A stretch of DNA of 64,000 nucleotides from Raillietiella orientalis (Eukaryota). The first letter of the stretch is position 1. Every line of letters starts with the position of its first letter. Positions 1 to 14,447 of the stretch are shown piece by piece. The notes beneath the pieces are model-generated. The model saw nothing but the letters and a program-made list of their open reading frames with translations. It was not told the DNA's origin and made no database searches. The DNA lies in NCBI GenBank assembly GCA_036172245.1, contig JAYWIR010000029.1, forward strand, positions 1,984,001 to 2,048,000, read 5' to 3'. Both the position numbers and the translations under genes were made by a program.

Positions 1-14
1 CCCGCAGCAGGTAG

Positions 15-696
15 ACCGGGGAGGAGGCCTCGGACTGCGTTCAGGTCACGCTGTGCAGCCGGAAGGGGCTCCCTGACCCCCACAAGTGCCTCTCCTGCGA
101 CCTCAACAGCAAGAAGATCTCGGTGAGCGCGTCAAACCCGGCGCGGTCGCGCTCGAGTCAAAGGTCGATACCGGGAGCAAGCGATCCTTCGAGCCAGCTC
201 CGCGTGGCAGTGAAGGGGTGCACACGCTGGAGGAGGAGGAGCGAGAAGCTGAGCGCGCGCTTTCCTCCCGCAGGGCGGGGCAGGGCAGAGACTCCATCCA
301 GATCGCGGATGGGGACCGGCAGCGGCGGACGGGACTCGTGAGAAGAGCGCTCCGGCGAGTCCCCGACCGCCTGTCTTGGGGGACAAGGGAACGGCTCCCC
401 AGGGACCGGACGGGGAAAGCGGCGCGGCAGCCAGATTCCCACGGGCCGTCGGTGGCAGGCAGGGAGTCTCGGTGGCAAGCAGGCAACCGCGCGCGTCTGT
501 TCGACGCCCTCTGGGACGACCTGCCCTTCGGCGCTCCCTCTTGCAGCGGGACATCCAAGGGAAAACCCCGCATCGCACTTCCCGGCCCTTCGCTTCCTTC
601 CTTCGAACACAGCCACAGGCTGCTGCTGAGCGCCCGCCGAGCTGCGACGCCTTTGCCTCGGCAGAACGCCTGATGACGGGCGCAGGTCCCTCATAG
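15..696 (+). CDS. Possible 3' end of an unidentified gene (exons 15-122 and 274-696)
   Basis: 15-122 reads TGEEASDCVQVTLCSRKGLPDPHKCLSCDLNSKKIS with high GC3, flanked by tag| and |gtgagc. A phase-0 acceptor tttcctcccgcag at 273 opens a frame to TAG at 696. No family recognised, and a competing minus-strand frame exists. Confidence 0.3.
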
Positions 697-3600
697 CATC
701 TTCGGTGGAGAGCGAGGACGGAAGCTGAGACGGCCTGACGCCTGACTCACGCTCTGAAAGGCAGGTCAGCGTCGGAGGGATGAGACAAGAGCAGGACTCT
801 CTGGAGGAAAGGTTGCTACGAAGCGCTTGCTGCTGCGGGATCGCGAGGGACTCGAGCGAGCGTCTCCTGGGAGAGGAAGCAGCTGGCGACTGAGGCACCT
901 TATGAACCGCCGCCGAGACTTGTTGGAGGGCAACTCACCTGTTCGTCCCGTAGGCAACCTGAGGGTACGCCGAGGGGCGCTCTCTGTCACGATTTCGCGA
1001 GGAAGACAACCGGCCGGTGGCCGATGGTCTTTTGCCGCGTTTTCGGGTCCTCGGAAGTCGTTCCGGGAGCGTCGCTGTCCCGACTCCCTGCGCTCCTTCA
1101 GGCGAGCCGCCGCCTCTTGGTGGAGCGTGGTGGGGAGCACCACTCTTGCCACACGAACCAAGGCGTTGACTCTACCGCGAATGTCGAAGGTGGGAAGGCC
1201 CGACTCGCCGCAGGTTTCTCTGACGAACGGGAGCCTTTTCTTCTCGCGGAAGAATACCGCTCGTTCAGCATGGATACTTCGCTCGGTGAGCCCGTCCGAC
1301 GTGCGACTCTGCGAACGGATGAAAAAAAATAAATAAAATGGAGCTTGGGGGTGTCTGGAGATGGCGTAGCTCTCGTCTTGCCGATGGCCAATGACCCGAG
1401 CAGTTTGGCGGCAGATGCATAGAGTGCGTTCAATCTTTCCTTCCCTCGCAAAGGGACGAATCCTCTTCCATCCTGCAAAGGCCGCGCGGAAACTGCGATT
1501 ACTTCATTGTATGGGTAAGGGGGGGAGGGGGGAGGGAGGAACGGAAAGGAGAAGCCGGCGCCTCTCCCTCCTTCGCTTGGACACATCACACGTGGAGAAC
1601 CTCAGATCAATGAGGAAGTACTCCGCGGATGGGAAGTCATCTGCCGTTGATCCGATCAGAAGATCCGCTGCCTAGAAAAGGTCTCGCTGGGAAAAAAAAC
1701 GCGGGAGGAGACCGCAGTGGGTAAGAGGAAAGCGCCGTCCGCGAGGGGACATTCGCACTACTCCAGAAGCAGTGCACCAACGAGGACCGGGAACTGCTTT
1801 TCTCGGCCCGCATGACCCGGAAACCACCTAAAAGAGATCATGTGTGGTGGTCCAAACAAAAAGGAGGAACGAAGGGAGAGAGGGATGGAGGTGTCCGTGT
1901 CTCAGAGGGAAGATGAAGCGGCTGGAGGCATCAAACTCGAACGGTGAGCAATGCGCGTCTCCTCCCAGTAGCTGCGGAATTCGCGGCATCTCTGCATGAG
2001 GAGAGGAACTACAAAACCAAGAATCGACGGGAACAGATGGCATTCAGAGGACGTCTCGTAAATACCAGCTCTCCCTCCCCTTCCCTCCCCACTTTTCCTG
2101 GAGGGCGGAATCCGGGAACAGGAGGGCAGAATGCGAGGGAGGCAGCGGATCCAGGAAAGAGAAGGAGAAAGGACCTCTCGGGGGACTTCCGCCTGGAGAG
2201 AAAGGTGGGGGAAGGAGGAAAACGCTGAGATGCGGAAGCGACCAGAGGGACCCGTGGGCGACAAAGAGGAAGGGGAGAGAATCTTCGCTCGTGAGCAGCG
2301 ACTTGAGAGCGAGCCTTTAAAAAGGCGACGGGGACAGTCGGAGCCCCTTGGCAGTTGCCGCGAACCTTGTACCGGACATGACTCCAAACGCACCCCACCC
2401 TCCCTCCACCCTGGAGAGGAGTGCAGTCATCTGCCGCGATCGCGACTCGGTTGCTTCGGGCGCTCCCTTTCCGAGGCGGCTCTCTCCAAGGTCTGCGGGG
2501 TGGATGCCGTCCTCAAGGACGGGAAGACAACGACTCCTTCGCGGCAGAAGCTGCTGCGTCGGCGTCTCGCGCGCCCCCGCCACTGCCGGAGTCGCTGCTG
2601 TCGGAGCAGGCGGGGAAAAAAGGAGGAGGAAACGGATGCAGGAAGGAGGAGGAGGAGGAGGAAGAAGCGGAATACTCACGCACCCTCTGCCTCCGCGGTC
2701 GGGTGTCACCGACAGGCGGCGGCGTCGCCCCTTGACGCCCGCGCAGCGACCCCGCACTTCGGCGCGCGTTCTCTCTCGCGGGACGCTTCTTTGCAGAGTC
2801 AGCCGCAGGCGAAGGTCGACGAACTCCCCCCAGGATGCAGGCGATCGCCGGGAGGGGAAAGCCGGAGATGGGCGGCGGCGGCGCACCTGGACCGCGAAGA
2901 GCAAGGCGCTCAGGAGCTCTGCGAGGGGGTTATCTTGAGGCGACCGTACCGCCCTCTGCGTAGAGGGCACCGGCCTTCCTTTTCCAGAAGATTCCCCTCG
3001 CACAGGAGGAACGGATCCCGGGTGAACGAACTCTTCAGGAGAGGAAGGAGTTCTCGGAAGGAACGCGGCAGGAGGGAAGGCAGCTCCGGGGAGCTTCCTC
3101 CTCGCTTTTCCCTCCCGCGAGGACGAACCCTCCTATCGGGAACCGAATTCCCGAGCGCAGTCCCGAAGGGAGGCTTGACGAGGATGCGTCGAAGAGCTGA
3201 AACACGCGTCCTCCGCCTTTCGCAGCACTCGTCGCGAGACCCCAAGATCCCTTCCCTCCAGGATCCGAGGAGCTCCCACCTGAGGCATCTGAGGGTCTGG
3301 AGCTCCGTCCTCACGGTTGGTCCCCCGACGAAAAGCCTGGAAAAAACGGAGGGGGCTCTCCCCTACCCCACTTCCCCAATGACTCCGCAGGGATCCAGAA
3401 GAAAGGGAGACCGTGGAAATGGATACACCTGCGAGCGCTCCCGGAATAGGAGGACGTCGTCTCTCCCTCCTTGTTCACGTCATTTTCCGTTTCCGGTTCC
3501 CTGCTCCGCGATCGGCGCCCAAGCGTCCCGCCCTTAGGAGGGGGGGAGACTACGAAAAGGTGTTCTTCCTCCAGCTAGCGGGTCGCTCCGAAAACCGGAA

Positions 3601-4534
3601 GCCTTTTCTTTGCCTCCACTACTTTTCCTCCCTCTCAGAGCTGCGCAGGAGTTTCCCTCCTTACAAAGTCCGCGCTGTTTCCCTTTGGTCTCCAAGCGAT
3701 CTCTTCCCTGGTGCTGCTCAGTCCTGGCCGTGGCCATCTTTCGCCAACCTAACTGTCTTCCTTTTGTGAGGCGTACAGGGAGGAAGGAATGGCCGTGCTT
3801 CCCTCCCCTCACTCCCCTTATAAGGAGCACCCGAACAACCCCACCTGAACCCGAACGAGGAAGGATCCACAGCAGGAGATTCAGACTTTCCTTCCTTCCC
3901 CCTTCCCTGATTCCGAAGGGATAAAGGGGGGACCCATTCCTTCCCACTTCCACTCGGCAGTGGCGGCAACGACTTCGCCCCCTTCACACGCTACCCGCTC
4001 CGCAGCTCTACCTACCCGCTACGCTAACCGCTACTGCTGCTGAGAGCTCAAGGGTGGAAAGTCTGACGCAAATATGAGGCGCGTCGAGGCTCAACCTCTT
4101 CTCTCCCGACCGTCCCCTTGCCGGGATCACCGCCGCGGCAGCCGGCATGGCGACACAGATGGGCGGCAGCGGTGGTGGCGACTCATCCTCCTTCGGGTTC
4201 CAGAGAGAGCGGTGGGAAGGCGGGGAGGCAAGGGAGGGGGGGGGGGAAGAGGGCAACCAGCCCGACTCTCATCCTACTCTCGTATTCCGTGCGCCCACGC
4301 GTGAAACTGGTCCATGACCGTCGCGCTGTCAAAGAGGTTGGACGTCTCCTCGCTGTGTCTGCAGACGCTCCTTGACGCCTGACCAGGAAATTCCTTCGCC
4401 AGGGGGGGTGGGGGGGAGGAGGAGAGAAAGAGGGGGAAACCTGCGCTCGCCAGCGGCCCTTTCACTTTCTCCCTCCGTCGCCGGAAGACGAGTGAAAGGT
4501 CGCACGTGTTCTCCCCCTCTCCTGGATCGCTCGT

Positions 4535-4553
4535 CGCGCGCGCGCGCGCGCGC
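4535..4553. repeat. (CG)9 microsatellite, Z-DNA-prone
   Basis: Perfect alternating CG run read directly. Confidence 0.9.
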
Positions 4554-6132
4554 TTGGAGGGAGCAGATGTCGGCACAGGGAAGAATGAGGACGAAGGCAA
4601 AAAGTGCAGCGGATCCCCTCCTTGATCCGGGGGTTTGATCCCGCGACCTGGTGGAGGAGAGAGAACAGACTCCGCCCTTGGCGACAGCGGTGGCATCGGA
4701 GGTCAGGAGAGGAGTCGGAGTTTCCCGTTTTCCGAGAGCGTGGAAAACGCTCCTTCCTTGCAGGTTCTCCCGGATCCCAGGGTTCCGAGAGAGGAGGAGG
4801 CTGATCTCCCCCCCCTTCCTATCCTACGCGTGCACGCATGCGTCGCTGACGTCAGGCGGATCTGCATATGTCTGCCCCGCTCCATCGGGCTTCGTGACTA
4901 CTGCAAATGCGGGCTCCAAAGGGGACAAGGGGGGTCCCACGTCAGGGCGCGCAGCGATGATGGTTGCTACCTCCTCCGCCGCCGCCGCCGGGCTTCTCCC
5001 AGTCCCAAGTTCCTCGCTCTCCCAGCCAAAGTTGCGGTGTGGCTGCACAACTTCCGAGGTGCGGAACCCGAACCTCCGATTTCCCTTTCTCCCTCGGGGA
5101 TTTCGCGATCATCCCCTTCCCTCTCGAACCTTTCTCCTACCGTACTGAATGCGTGATGGCCGCTCTCGCAATCTCGGCAGGGGGGAGCAGTCTGTGGGCG
5201 CCCTCCGTCTCGGCGCTTTGTTCCTCGATCGTGGACCCGCCCTCCCTCGCTCCCAGATTGCCGAGGCCACCTCGGGTCCAGAAGTCTCGGTTGCCGCAGT
5301 TCGAGACACTTCCGAAAAAGGCAAGGAGTGGGATCCATGCCGCCGGCCTCCTGGTCGCGTTGCCCGCAGCAGCATCCGGAAGTTGCCGTTTCTCTCCAAA
5401 GAAGGAGCATCTTTTTCCTTCCAAAAGAGCTGCCTATGCCACAACCGCGTGGAAGGCAAGAGTTTCCGTTGGAAGGAGTGTTTCTCCCCTCTTTTCCTCT
5501 GCCCCCCCCCCCCCCCCACCCAGACGTCTCTCTCGGCAGGCCGGCAACGAGCCCAACGAGCGCGGTGCACGGAGCAAGCTGTCACCTCGGTGCTTTTGTG
5601 AAACAGAAAGTTTTTTTTTTTTCCGGGCCACTCTTAGAAGGAAACCACGGAATTCCGCGCTCTCTTGTTCCTTTCGATTCCTTTGCCAACGCTTCCTGCG
5701 TGTGATTTCTAGGCCGCCCACGACAGCCTTACGCGCTAGCCGGGATTCAGTTTTCAGGAAACTGCAGCTCCCTTCGTCAGTACAGATATTAACGATTTCT
5801 CTCTCAGGCAGCGAGATTTGAAAAAGCAATGAAAATATCATCGTCCGTTTTACTGAACGTCGTCAAAATCAATATTTATTCATGATCTGGCAATACAGCT
5901 AAAGAAAAGCAAAATCACATGCCAAGCTATACAACATTAATATTTGGAAAGTAAAATAAACGATTACATCAAAGATGATGACGGCGCAGCTTCCAAGAAT
6001 TTCGAATGCATTCGCAGCACACAAACACACCTACACTTACGTGCATACATTTGCAACACAAGATTTGCTCTTAACCTAAGTTCATGCGCGCTGTTTTGCG
6101 TTCGCGACGCCATGCTCGCACCAAACGGCTCA

Positions 6133-6180
6133 CCCTTTGTCGTGGGTTGTCATAGCAACAACAATCCCCACAACAAAGGG
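6133..6180 (-). other. RNA stem-loop in the putative 3'UTR
   Basis: On minus, CCCTTTGTTGTGGG...CCCACGACAAAGGG forms a 14-bp stem (one G-U pair), with additional inner pairing. Confidence 0.5.
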
Positions 6181-6338
6181 ACGTAGCCTAATGGAAGAGA
6201 GAGAGAGAGAGAGAGAAGAAAAAAACGCGATGAAAAACACGAAACCGCGATGCAATTGAAATCCTGGAAGTTGACAAGTTCAGAGGATGGAGGAGAGCGC
6301 TTCCAGAGGTTCATCATCAAGATTGAGCAACCTGCTGT

Positions 6339-6523
6339 TCACAGAGATCCTATCCAAACCGCGACGCTTATCGGCACCAGGCAGATCAGCACATTGAGAG
6401 CCGACGCCCAGAAGTGAATTCCATGGTTTCCGTTGCCAGCAAACAGCACGTCTTTCTCTATTACGGGTTCTAGCTGCCTTTTTTCTTTCCTCCGTTTGTC
6501 GCCTTCCACCTCGTGTCCGTCTC
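6339..6523 (-). CDS. Putative terminal coding exon of an unidentified membrane- or GPI-anchored protein
   Basis: Pyrimidine-rich acceptor (cctctttcgtaccag), then DGHEVEGDKRRKEKRQLEPVIEKDVLFAGNGNHGIHFWASALNVLICLVPISVAVWIGSL* (basic cluster plus hydrophobic C-terminus), followed by an AT-richer 3'UTR-like tract with AATAAA on minus at 5875-5880. Upstream exons not identified. Confidence 0.4.
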
Positions 6524-6855
6524 CTGGTACGAAAGAGGATGGCCGAAGGAAAAAGAAAAAAAAAATTCCTGCTCGAGCCATGGGACAACTGAGCGATGCC
6601 TAAGGCGCTACGCTCGAGCCGCTGTTTGGTGTTTTTACGGTCAAAATATCGTATCTACCAGCCGACTGCGATGATTTGAGGCTCTAGCGATATGTTGAAC
6701 CAGGAAGCCTTCTGTTTTTCGGGAGACCTTAGAGATGTCTCCTCTCAGAACAGTCAGAAGTGGGACTCCACTGGAGGGGAGGAGAGACGGGAGCTCGAAC
6801 CGGAGGGAGTCTAACGGTGCAATTGGAGAACACTCGGGCGTGCCGAATGCTCATT

Positions 6856-6903
6856 GAAGCGGAGAATGCTCCAGAAATTCCAGAAGCGGAGAATGCTCCA
6901 GAA
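6856..6903 (+). repeat. Tandem duplication, 27-nt period (21 nt identical)
   Basis: GAAGCGGAGAATGCTCCAGAA occurs at 6856 and at 6883. Confidence 0.9.
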
Positions 6904-9900
6904 GAGCGCTTTACCAGCCAAACTAGTATCTTCGCGGACTTTGCAATCGTGGAAGGTCGCGAGGGCAGCAAACCTGTCAGAAACAGAGGAGGAGCATTCG
7001 CTCTGCCTTTGAAACTTCCAGAAATATCGAAAGGACCCTTCTTTTCCCCCTTCCTCCGCCTCCTTCCCCTTCATCATCAACCCCTCTTTCTCTTTCCATC
7101 TCTTTTCCCCCCGTCACTCGAACTGCGTGGGAGGAGTAGGGGAATTTCGAGGTTGAAGGACCGGCAAGCGGGCAGGCAAGGAATAGGCACAACGCCGCGG
7201 AAGATCCTAAGGGAAGGAGGTGAGTGTCGGGGGATGGGGAAGAGAGAGGGGACTTTCATGTTGATTGCGCTACTACCACCCCGGAAGCTCGGGGAGAAGC
7301 GTGCAGTTGCCGTGCCCTATAGACAGATAGTGCACACCTGTGTGAAGGTTAATAGGTGAGGCCTCCTTCCCATCTCCATCTCACATGATCCCGCATCTCT
7401 TCGGAGGCAAAAATCGAGACTGGAGTCGTGAAGACGTTGATCGGTTCTCGGAGAACCTCGGCAATAGGCAAAGACTAAACGGCTCCGGGGTGCGTAAGAG
7501 CTCCCCCAGGCAAAGAGAAGGGGACAAAGCTTGCCCGCCGAGCACAGAGAATCAGAAAAGGGGCGGGGTAGCTCCAGGGATTTCCTTCCTCACCGCCAGA
7601 GTAGTCAGTCATGCAAAGACCCCCAGGGAACACAGCAGTCCAGCACCTAAAGGATCTGCATGACGCGCGAACCACGCCCGAAGAAGAGGGGAAAGGGAAT
7701 GGAAGAACCCGCTTTAGGCAGAAGCCAGGAGAGATCCGGAGTGATTTGTCCTAGGTACGTTGCTTGGCGCTGCTAGGAGAACAGCAACGTGTTCTCCTAG
7801 TAATTAAAGAAGAAAAAAAAAAGGAAAAAATGTTTGGCAGTGATGATAATGAAGGCGATGACGACGGCGAAATTGGTAGTGACGCTAACTTTAACAGTGA
7901 GAAGTTTCTGCATACTTGTTGCAGGTCACTACCGAAAACCTTCCGGCTTCCTTGCAACCTGTTAAAGAACAAGGACCATAGGAAAGAAGGGGATGAGGAG
8001 AGAGAAGTCTAGAGGCTGCTGAAAGATCACATGCAAAGAGGACTTCCCATTTGAGATCGGAACGGTGCAGCCCATCAAGGACGGAAAGGAAAGCATGGAA
8101 TCCTTCCTTTGGGAGCTGCTAATTCGAACGCAACGAACAACCTCTTTCGTGTTCTTTGCAATGCTAGAGGTGTGCGAGAAAAACAGGAGCCTGTTTTCTT
8201 TAATGGAACATGGTCCAGTCAACTATCAGATGCGTCTTAGTAGTAGAGCACTTAGTGGCCTACAATCTCCCCATGAATAAGTATATGATCGGAGGCGCGT
8301 TACGACCAAGGAAGCCATTTTGCAACATCACTCCTGACTGGTGAGAAGCTGAAAATGCCTTTGCCAAGCGAAAAATATTCGAACCTGAAAACATTCAGCC
8401 CAGTTTCTGAAACGAGATACTCATTCGCAACAGATACATACGGCATCAAAAGCTTAACATGGCTTCCCCATAAGCAAAAATAATTATGGTCATCTTTTCA
8501 GGTTGGAATGCTCTTCGAGCTGCAAAGTGATTTGTCGGATCCTTCACAGTTCCACGATCACCAGTTCCCAAGCTTCTCATTGGGATCTCAGTATAGATCG
8601 TCATCAAGTGACCCGTCTATACAACAGTTCCTTGGCTTTCTGTTTTTCTGCGCTTGTGTGGGTCTTTTAACTTTTAAATGAGATTTCCCAATCTTCGTCT
8701 TCGCCATTATTTTTCATTTGATTTTCTATTTTATGTTTGTGTTTGCTCCTTTTGGAATTCGTCATCGCTAAGTTATTCATCGAATCGCTGCTCTCTTCCG
8801 TTTCTCCTCGTGGATCCGCAACGTTCTCCAAATTGTTAATCAAAGATAGATCAAATTTCTTCGAGAGAAAGATCCTGATAGATGCTTAAAGCTACTGTCA
8901 CATTCGCGAAATCATCAAGCAGATAATCGACTGAAGAAATGTTAGAGGATGAACGGATTCAATATTTAAATACTGGCTGCAGGGATATATCCTTCTGGGC
9001 TTTGATTTTTCAGAAGCCCGACATGCAGCAAGGAACCATGCAAAAGCTTTTTCGTCTTCTCATCGTCCTCACAAATAGCTTTCCTCTTCGTTTCTAACGT
9101 GGCAATCCTCCCCTTCAATTATTGGACTTTCAAGCCATTTGAACATTATACACATGCAAGAGCTACTTAAAGTTTTCAAAGTACTCTTCGAGAGCTACTT
9201 CCAAGTCGTAGCAGCATTGCAAGAATATCATCACCAACCGTGATTATTAGCATAAAGGTTCAGAAATATGTGTGATTATTCTCGCCGCTACCTACAGTTG
9301 CTATCAATCTTCCCACACCTTTATTTCTTCAAATCGCCACCGGTGTTCTTCGGAATTTCTCGACCTGCAGTTTCAATTTGAACTCTTAAAGGCTGATTCC
9401 AAAAGCGTGGTTTCTTTTCGAGCAGAGCGGAACCAATTCATTCACTTGTAGTTTCAGATTAAATTCAGAAGAGACGCTCTTCTGAACCATCGATTCAAGG
9501 ATACCAGTGAATATTCAGGCTCCCAGAAGCTGTATCCTTAGATTGCAATCTAAAGATCGATAAGGCTAAAGACTATGATGAAATTATATTTTTTGTTTTC
9601 TGGAATCGAAATTATTTTCGCTAGATTTTTGCGCAGTGCAATTCCTTTGCCATTAGGATACATTCTACGTTAGGCAGTAAAACAGTGCACCGAGCGCCAG
9701 AAATGATCACCGTATAAACGAGTGGGGGGGGGGGGGGGGAGTGACATAAACATTCACATTTTGCGGTTTTGCCTGCCAATAATCGGAATCAGCTGATTAA
9801 GCGAACCAAAGAAGACGAAACGACTGGTTACCATCCTAACGCATAATTCTTTCGCCTTTTACTATAGAAATGGGGAAATAAGAAAACGTATCTGAGAATT

Positions 9901-12900
9901 TAATGATTCATTTGTGTATCCTGTTCATCAAAGTTGAAAATAGTTCTCGAATGTTCCCATTTAGAGAACTTACCAAGGCTATTTTTTTGTTTTTTTCCCT
10001 TCAGTTAAAGCGTTCTATGTGCCCCTGAAACGGATGCATCTTCGACCGGTGTGCTTCGCTTGACCATCCGAAGGTCATGAACGCTCTGGGCTGGAGCTCG
10101 GAGCTTTATTTGAGAAAATACCTTCCTGAAAACCCCGCTGTTATGTATGATACCAATGATTTCGTATCCGAATAGTCGTATAGGTTCAACATTCGATTTT
10201 GAGGAAACTAACGATCCATCAGAGGAAAGACGTTTCTAAAATCATTTATTTTAACGTGCATTACAGCGGTTTCAAAAATTAATTTCGACTAAGAAATCAA
10301 CTGTGGCGACCAAGGGAACTCTGTAATTCCTTCGGAAAGGCATATTAACATCCAACTTAGACGGTTCTTCGGGAATCCACCTTTGCTTGCAGAACTGTGA
10401 AAAAAGGAAAGCCACAACGTGCAGCCGGAGAAGCCTTCCCGTTTTTTTTGTAATCAAGTGTCGAAGATCTTCCTTACGTAAAACTTCCAAAAACTTGGCA
10501 CAGTCTTAGTCTTAAGCTTTTTCATACTTGTTGTGTTTCCATATAAATCGAGAAGTACCAACATTGGAATAGAATGCGAACATTTTTGAAAAAGCTTCCC
10601 TGTCATCCGTCTTTGTAAGGACACGGTGAATTATCAATAAACAGCGCATGGGGATATTGCTCGAAAATAATGAAGAAAATCGGGCAACTGTAATAAGCAA
10701 GAAAAAGTTCCCAATTCTGTGAAAGCGGAATCCATTTGTCAAAAGAATCATCACCACATACATAAGCAACAACTGTATAAAATTAGAGACTGAGAGTTAC
10801 TTCACATTTCAAGTTTGAATTTAAATTCACATCTTCAGCAAAACTTTCATCAGCCAGAAACCGACCAACTTGATAGGTATACACACAGTCGTTACCATGT
10901 TCTCGCACTTCGAAATGTGTACCGGTAACGATGTCCCCTTTACCATAACCAGTATGATCTTAGAACTGGTTCATCTACTGCATTCCGAAGTTTTCATTTA
11001 GATCAAGTGAACATCTCTGGGACTGCATCTGCGCACTATAATTTGATTTATGCTGGAGCACGAGATAAAGGCTCTGGAGCAATTTAACTTGCATGCTGCC
11101 AGGATAGAATTGTGAAATTCGGGTGGTTAACTTTTCACTAGTAATTTATCTGACAGCCAATGGATCAGAATCGAAACACTGTTTAAGGTGAATGAGGCTG
11201 GAGTTACTACTTCTGCATTTAACGGAAATGCCATTAAGTAGCCATGCACTGTTCGATTTCTTCAGGGATTCAAGACAAAGAGGCGTGGATTTTGCTAGGT
11301 TGGAAAGAAAGAAAAAAAAAAACCCACAAGATACGGAAACGATCGTGTTGACCACTAGGGGGGCAAAAAGGCTATATTACACGAAACCTGCGTTCAACAC
11401 AGTTTTTGACCTTCCCCCACAATAGTTTCAGTTTTGCTTTTATAGTTTTTCAAATCAGCTATTCGTTACGACTGTGCACACACATCAGTCCGACGTAGCA
11501 TATAATGTCAAGACACAAATTTTGGACACGCACGAATAAGCGTCAGATATGCGATTCTCTGTACTTTTAAAATGCTGCCATCCTACCAGCTGGGAATAAT
11601 TAAACATGTACTACCTTCTAAACATGTACTCTTGAATTTACACTGAACTGAACCACAGCACTTAAATATGCTGCTTCTCATAAAAAAAATGAAGACAGCC
11701 TCCATTGAATGAAACTCCAAAATCTTTCATGCATTGACGGATAAAGCCAATACATAAACATGATATACTACCGACTGATGGAGTACTTTTGTACAATGCT
11801 GCGACGAGTTTCGTGACTGAAGGTCTACAATAGGTACACTTTTTTTTTTTTTGCAAAATCCCTACAAGGCTTTGCGAACAGGTAGCATGCAAGCGGAATC
11901 GAAATGCATTGATTATACATGTGTTCACTTTTCTTCTTCTTGATCCACTGAAATCAGAACAATGGGTTAAGACACGTGCGCGTTGGATTGCTGCTCCTCA
12001 CACCGAGCCACTCCAGTTCAGCGATTAGCATTAATCAGCTATATCTGACAGAAGTGATCGTCTGAATGGAACAGCGTAAACATCAAACTTCCATCTCATT
12101 AGCATACGCGTCTACATGGATCGAAATAGCACACGGAGACAAAACTTTGCTCGCCCTCTTTAAATAAACGCACTTTTCATCAAGCACTTCACATACTCAG
12201 GCTGATACCTGAATTGGACGCAAATGCCGGAGTTTACAAAGTTTCGCATATCCGAAATAAACCTCTGCCTTTGTAAAAAAAGAACGAATTTACCTGACAG
12301 TGAGGTGCCCGAGTTTATCACCACAAGCAAATGTTGGACATGAACTTCAAAGCTTGCGCATTCCTTCGGATAAGCGTCTAACTCCAACGAAATGTATTGC
12401 ACGAAAAATTTTTGGATTGGCTTGTAAGTCGTCAATAGAATGGATACACTTAGCTGGGGCAGAAGCAAATGCCTTAATATACTAAACAATTAACAGAACA
12501 TTCATAAACTCCAGCTAGAGTTGGCAACCATATAGAATCAAACGGTGTGATTCGATCTGCTAAAGTATTAATACAAGGCAATACTTTGAATTCCTCTGCA
12601 AATTTCATCCGAGGTATACTCATTTCGTTGGGAGCAAGCACACACACTTTCGCATAAGAAAACATCCGAAAGAAACCCTATACGTTTATTTAAAATGCTA
12701 TTAAGATCTAAACAGATACTGGGTATATATTTTTCGAGTAGGTGAAATCAGATAACAAGATACATCCCTACTTTTAACCTAACATTAACAAATGTCCAAC
12801 TATTTTCACTTCATTCCAAAAGAACTATCACATCTATGCATAGCAAAATTTGAATCTTTATCTTTTGGTTTCTAATGAACTTCACCAACGTGCTACACTG

Positions 12901-13153
12901 TTATTATAAATTCGAGTTGAATAATGTTTAATTTGTGTAGGTGTCAGAGTTGCTGCCACTTAGAAGCATGTAGATTGCAGATAACGTTCACATTACAGGT
13001 TGTGCTTCCTGTTTAAAATCTAAAAGACATATTCACATTACACTCTAGAAATCTAATAAAATCCCCTCATACCATCAGAAAAGAAACACGAATGAGATAC
13101 TGATGTCTGAACATTCTGTGATGTGACTCAGCCTGCCTAGAGTGCAGGAGCAA

Positions 13154-13159
13154 TTTATT
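13154..13159 (-). terminator. Candidate polyadenylation signal (AATAAA) of SPOP
   Basis: TTTATT on plus = AATAAA on minus, ~68 nt downstream of the SPOP stop codon. Confidence 0.5.
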
Positions 13160-13226
13160 GATTGCCCCACAGATACTATCACAGAGTCATGGGAGATCGA
13201 TAGGGAGGGAATAGAAGAACCTGTAA

Positions 13227-14447
<1,221 letters not shown>

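Noticed and set aside
2131..3537. 468-aa plus-strand ORF
   Set aside because: Arg/Gly/Ser-rich low-complexity translation typical of GC-rich chance frames; no domain; exon-like signals are on the opposite strand.
6133..6180. Hairpin as SECIS element or pre-miRNA
   Set aside because: Lacks the SECIS AUGA/GA core geometry with apical AA, and is too short for a typical pre-miRNA; kept only as a generic stem-loop.
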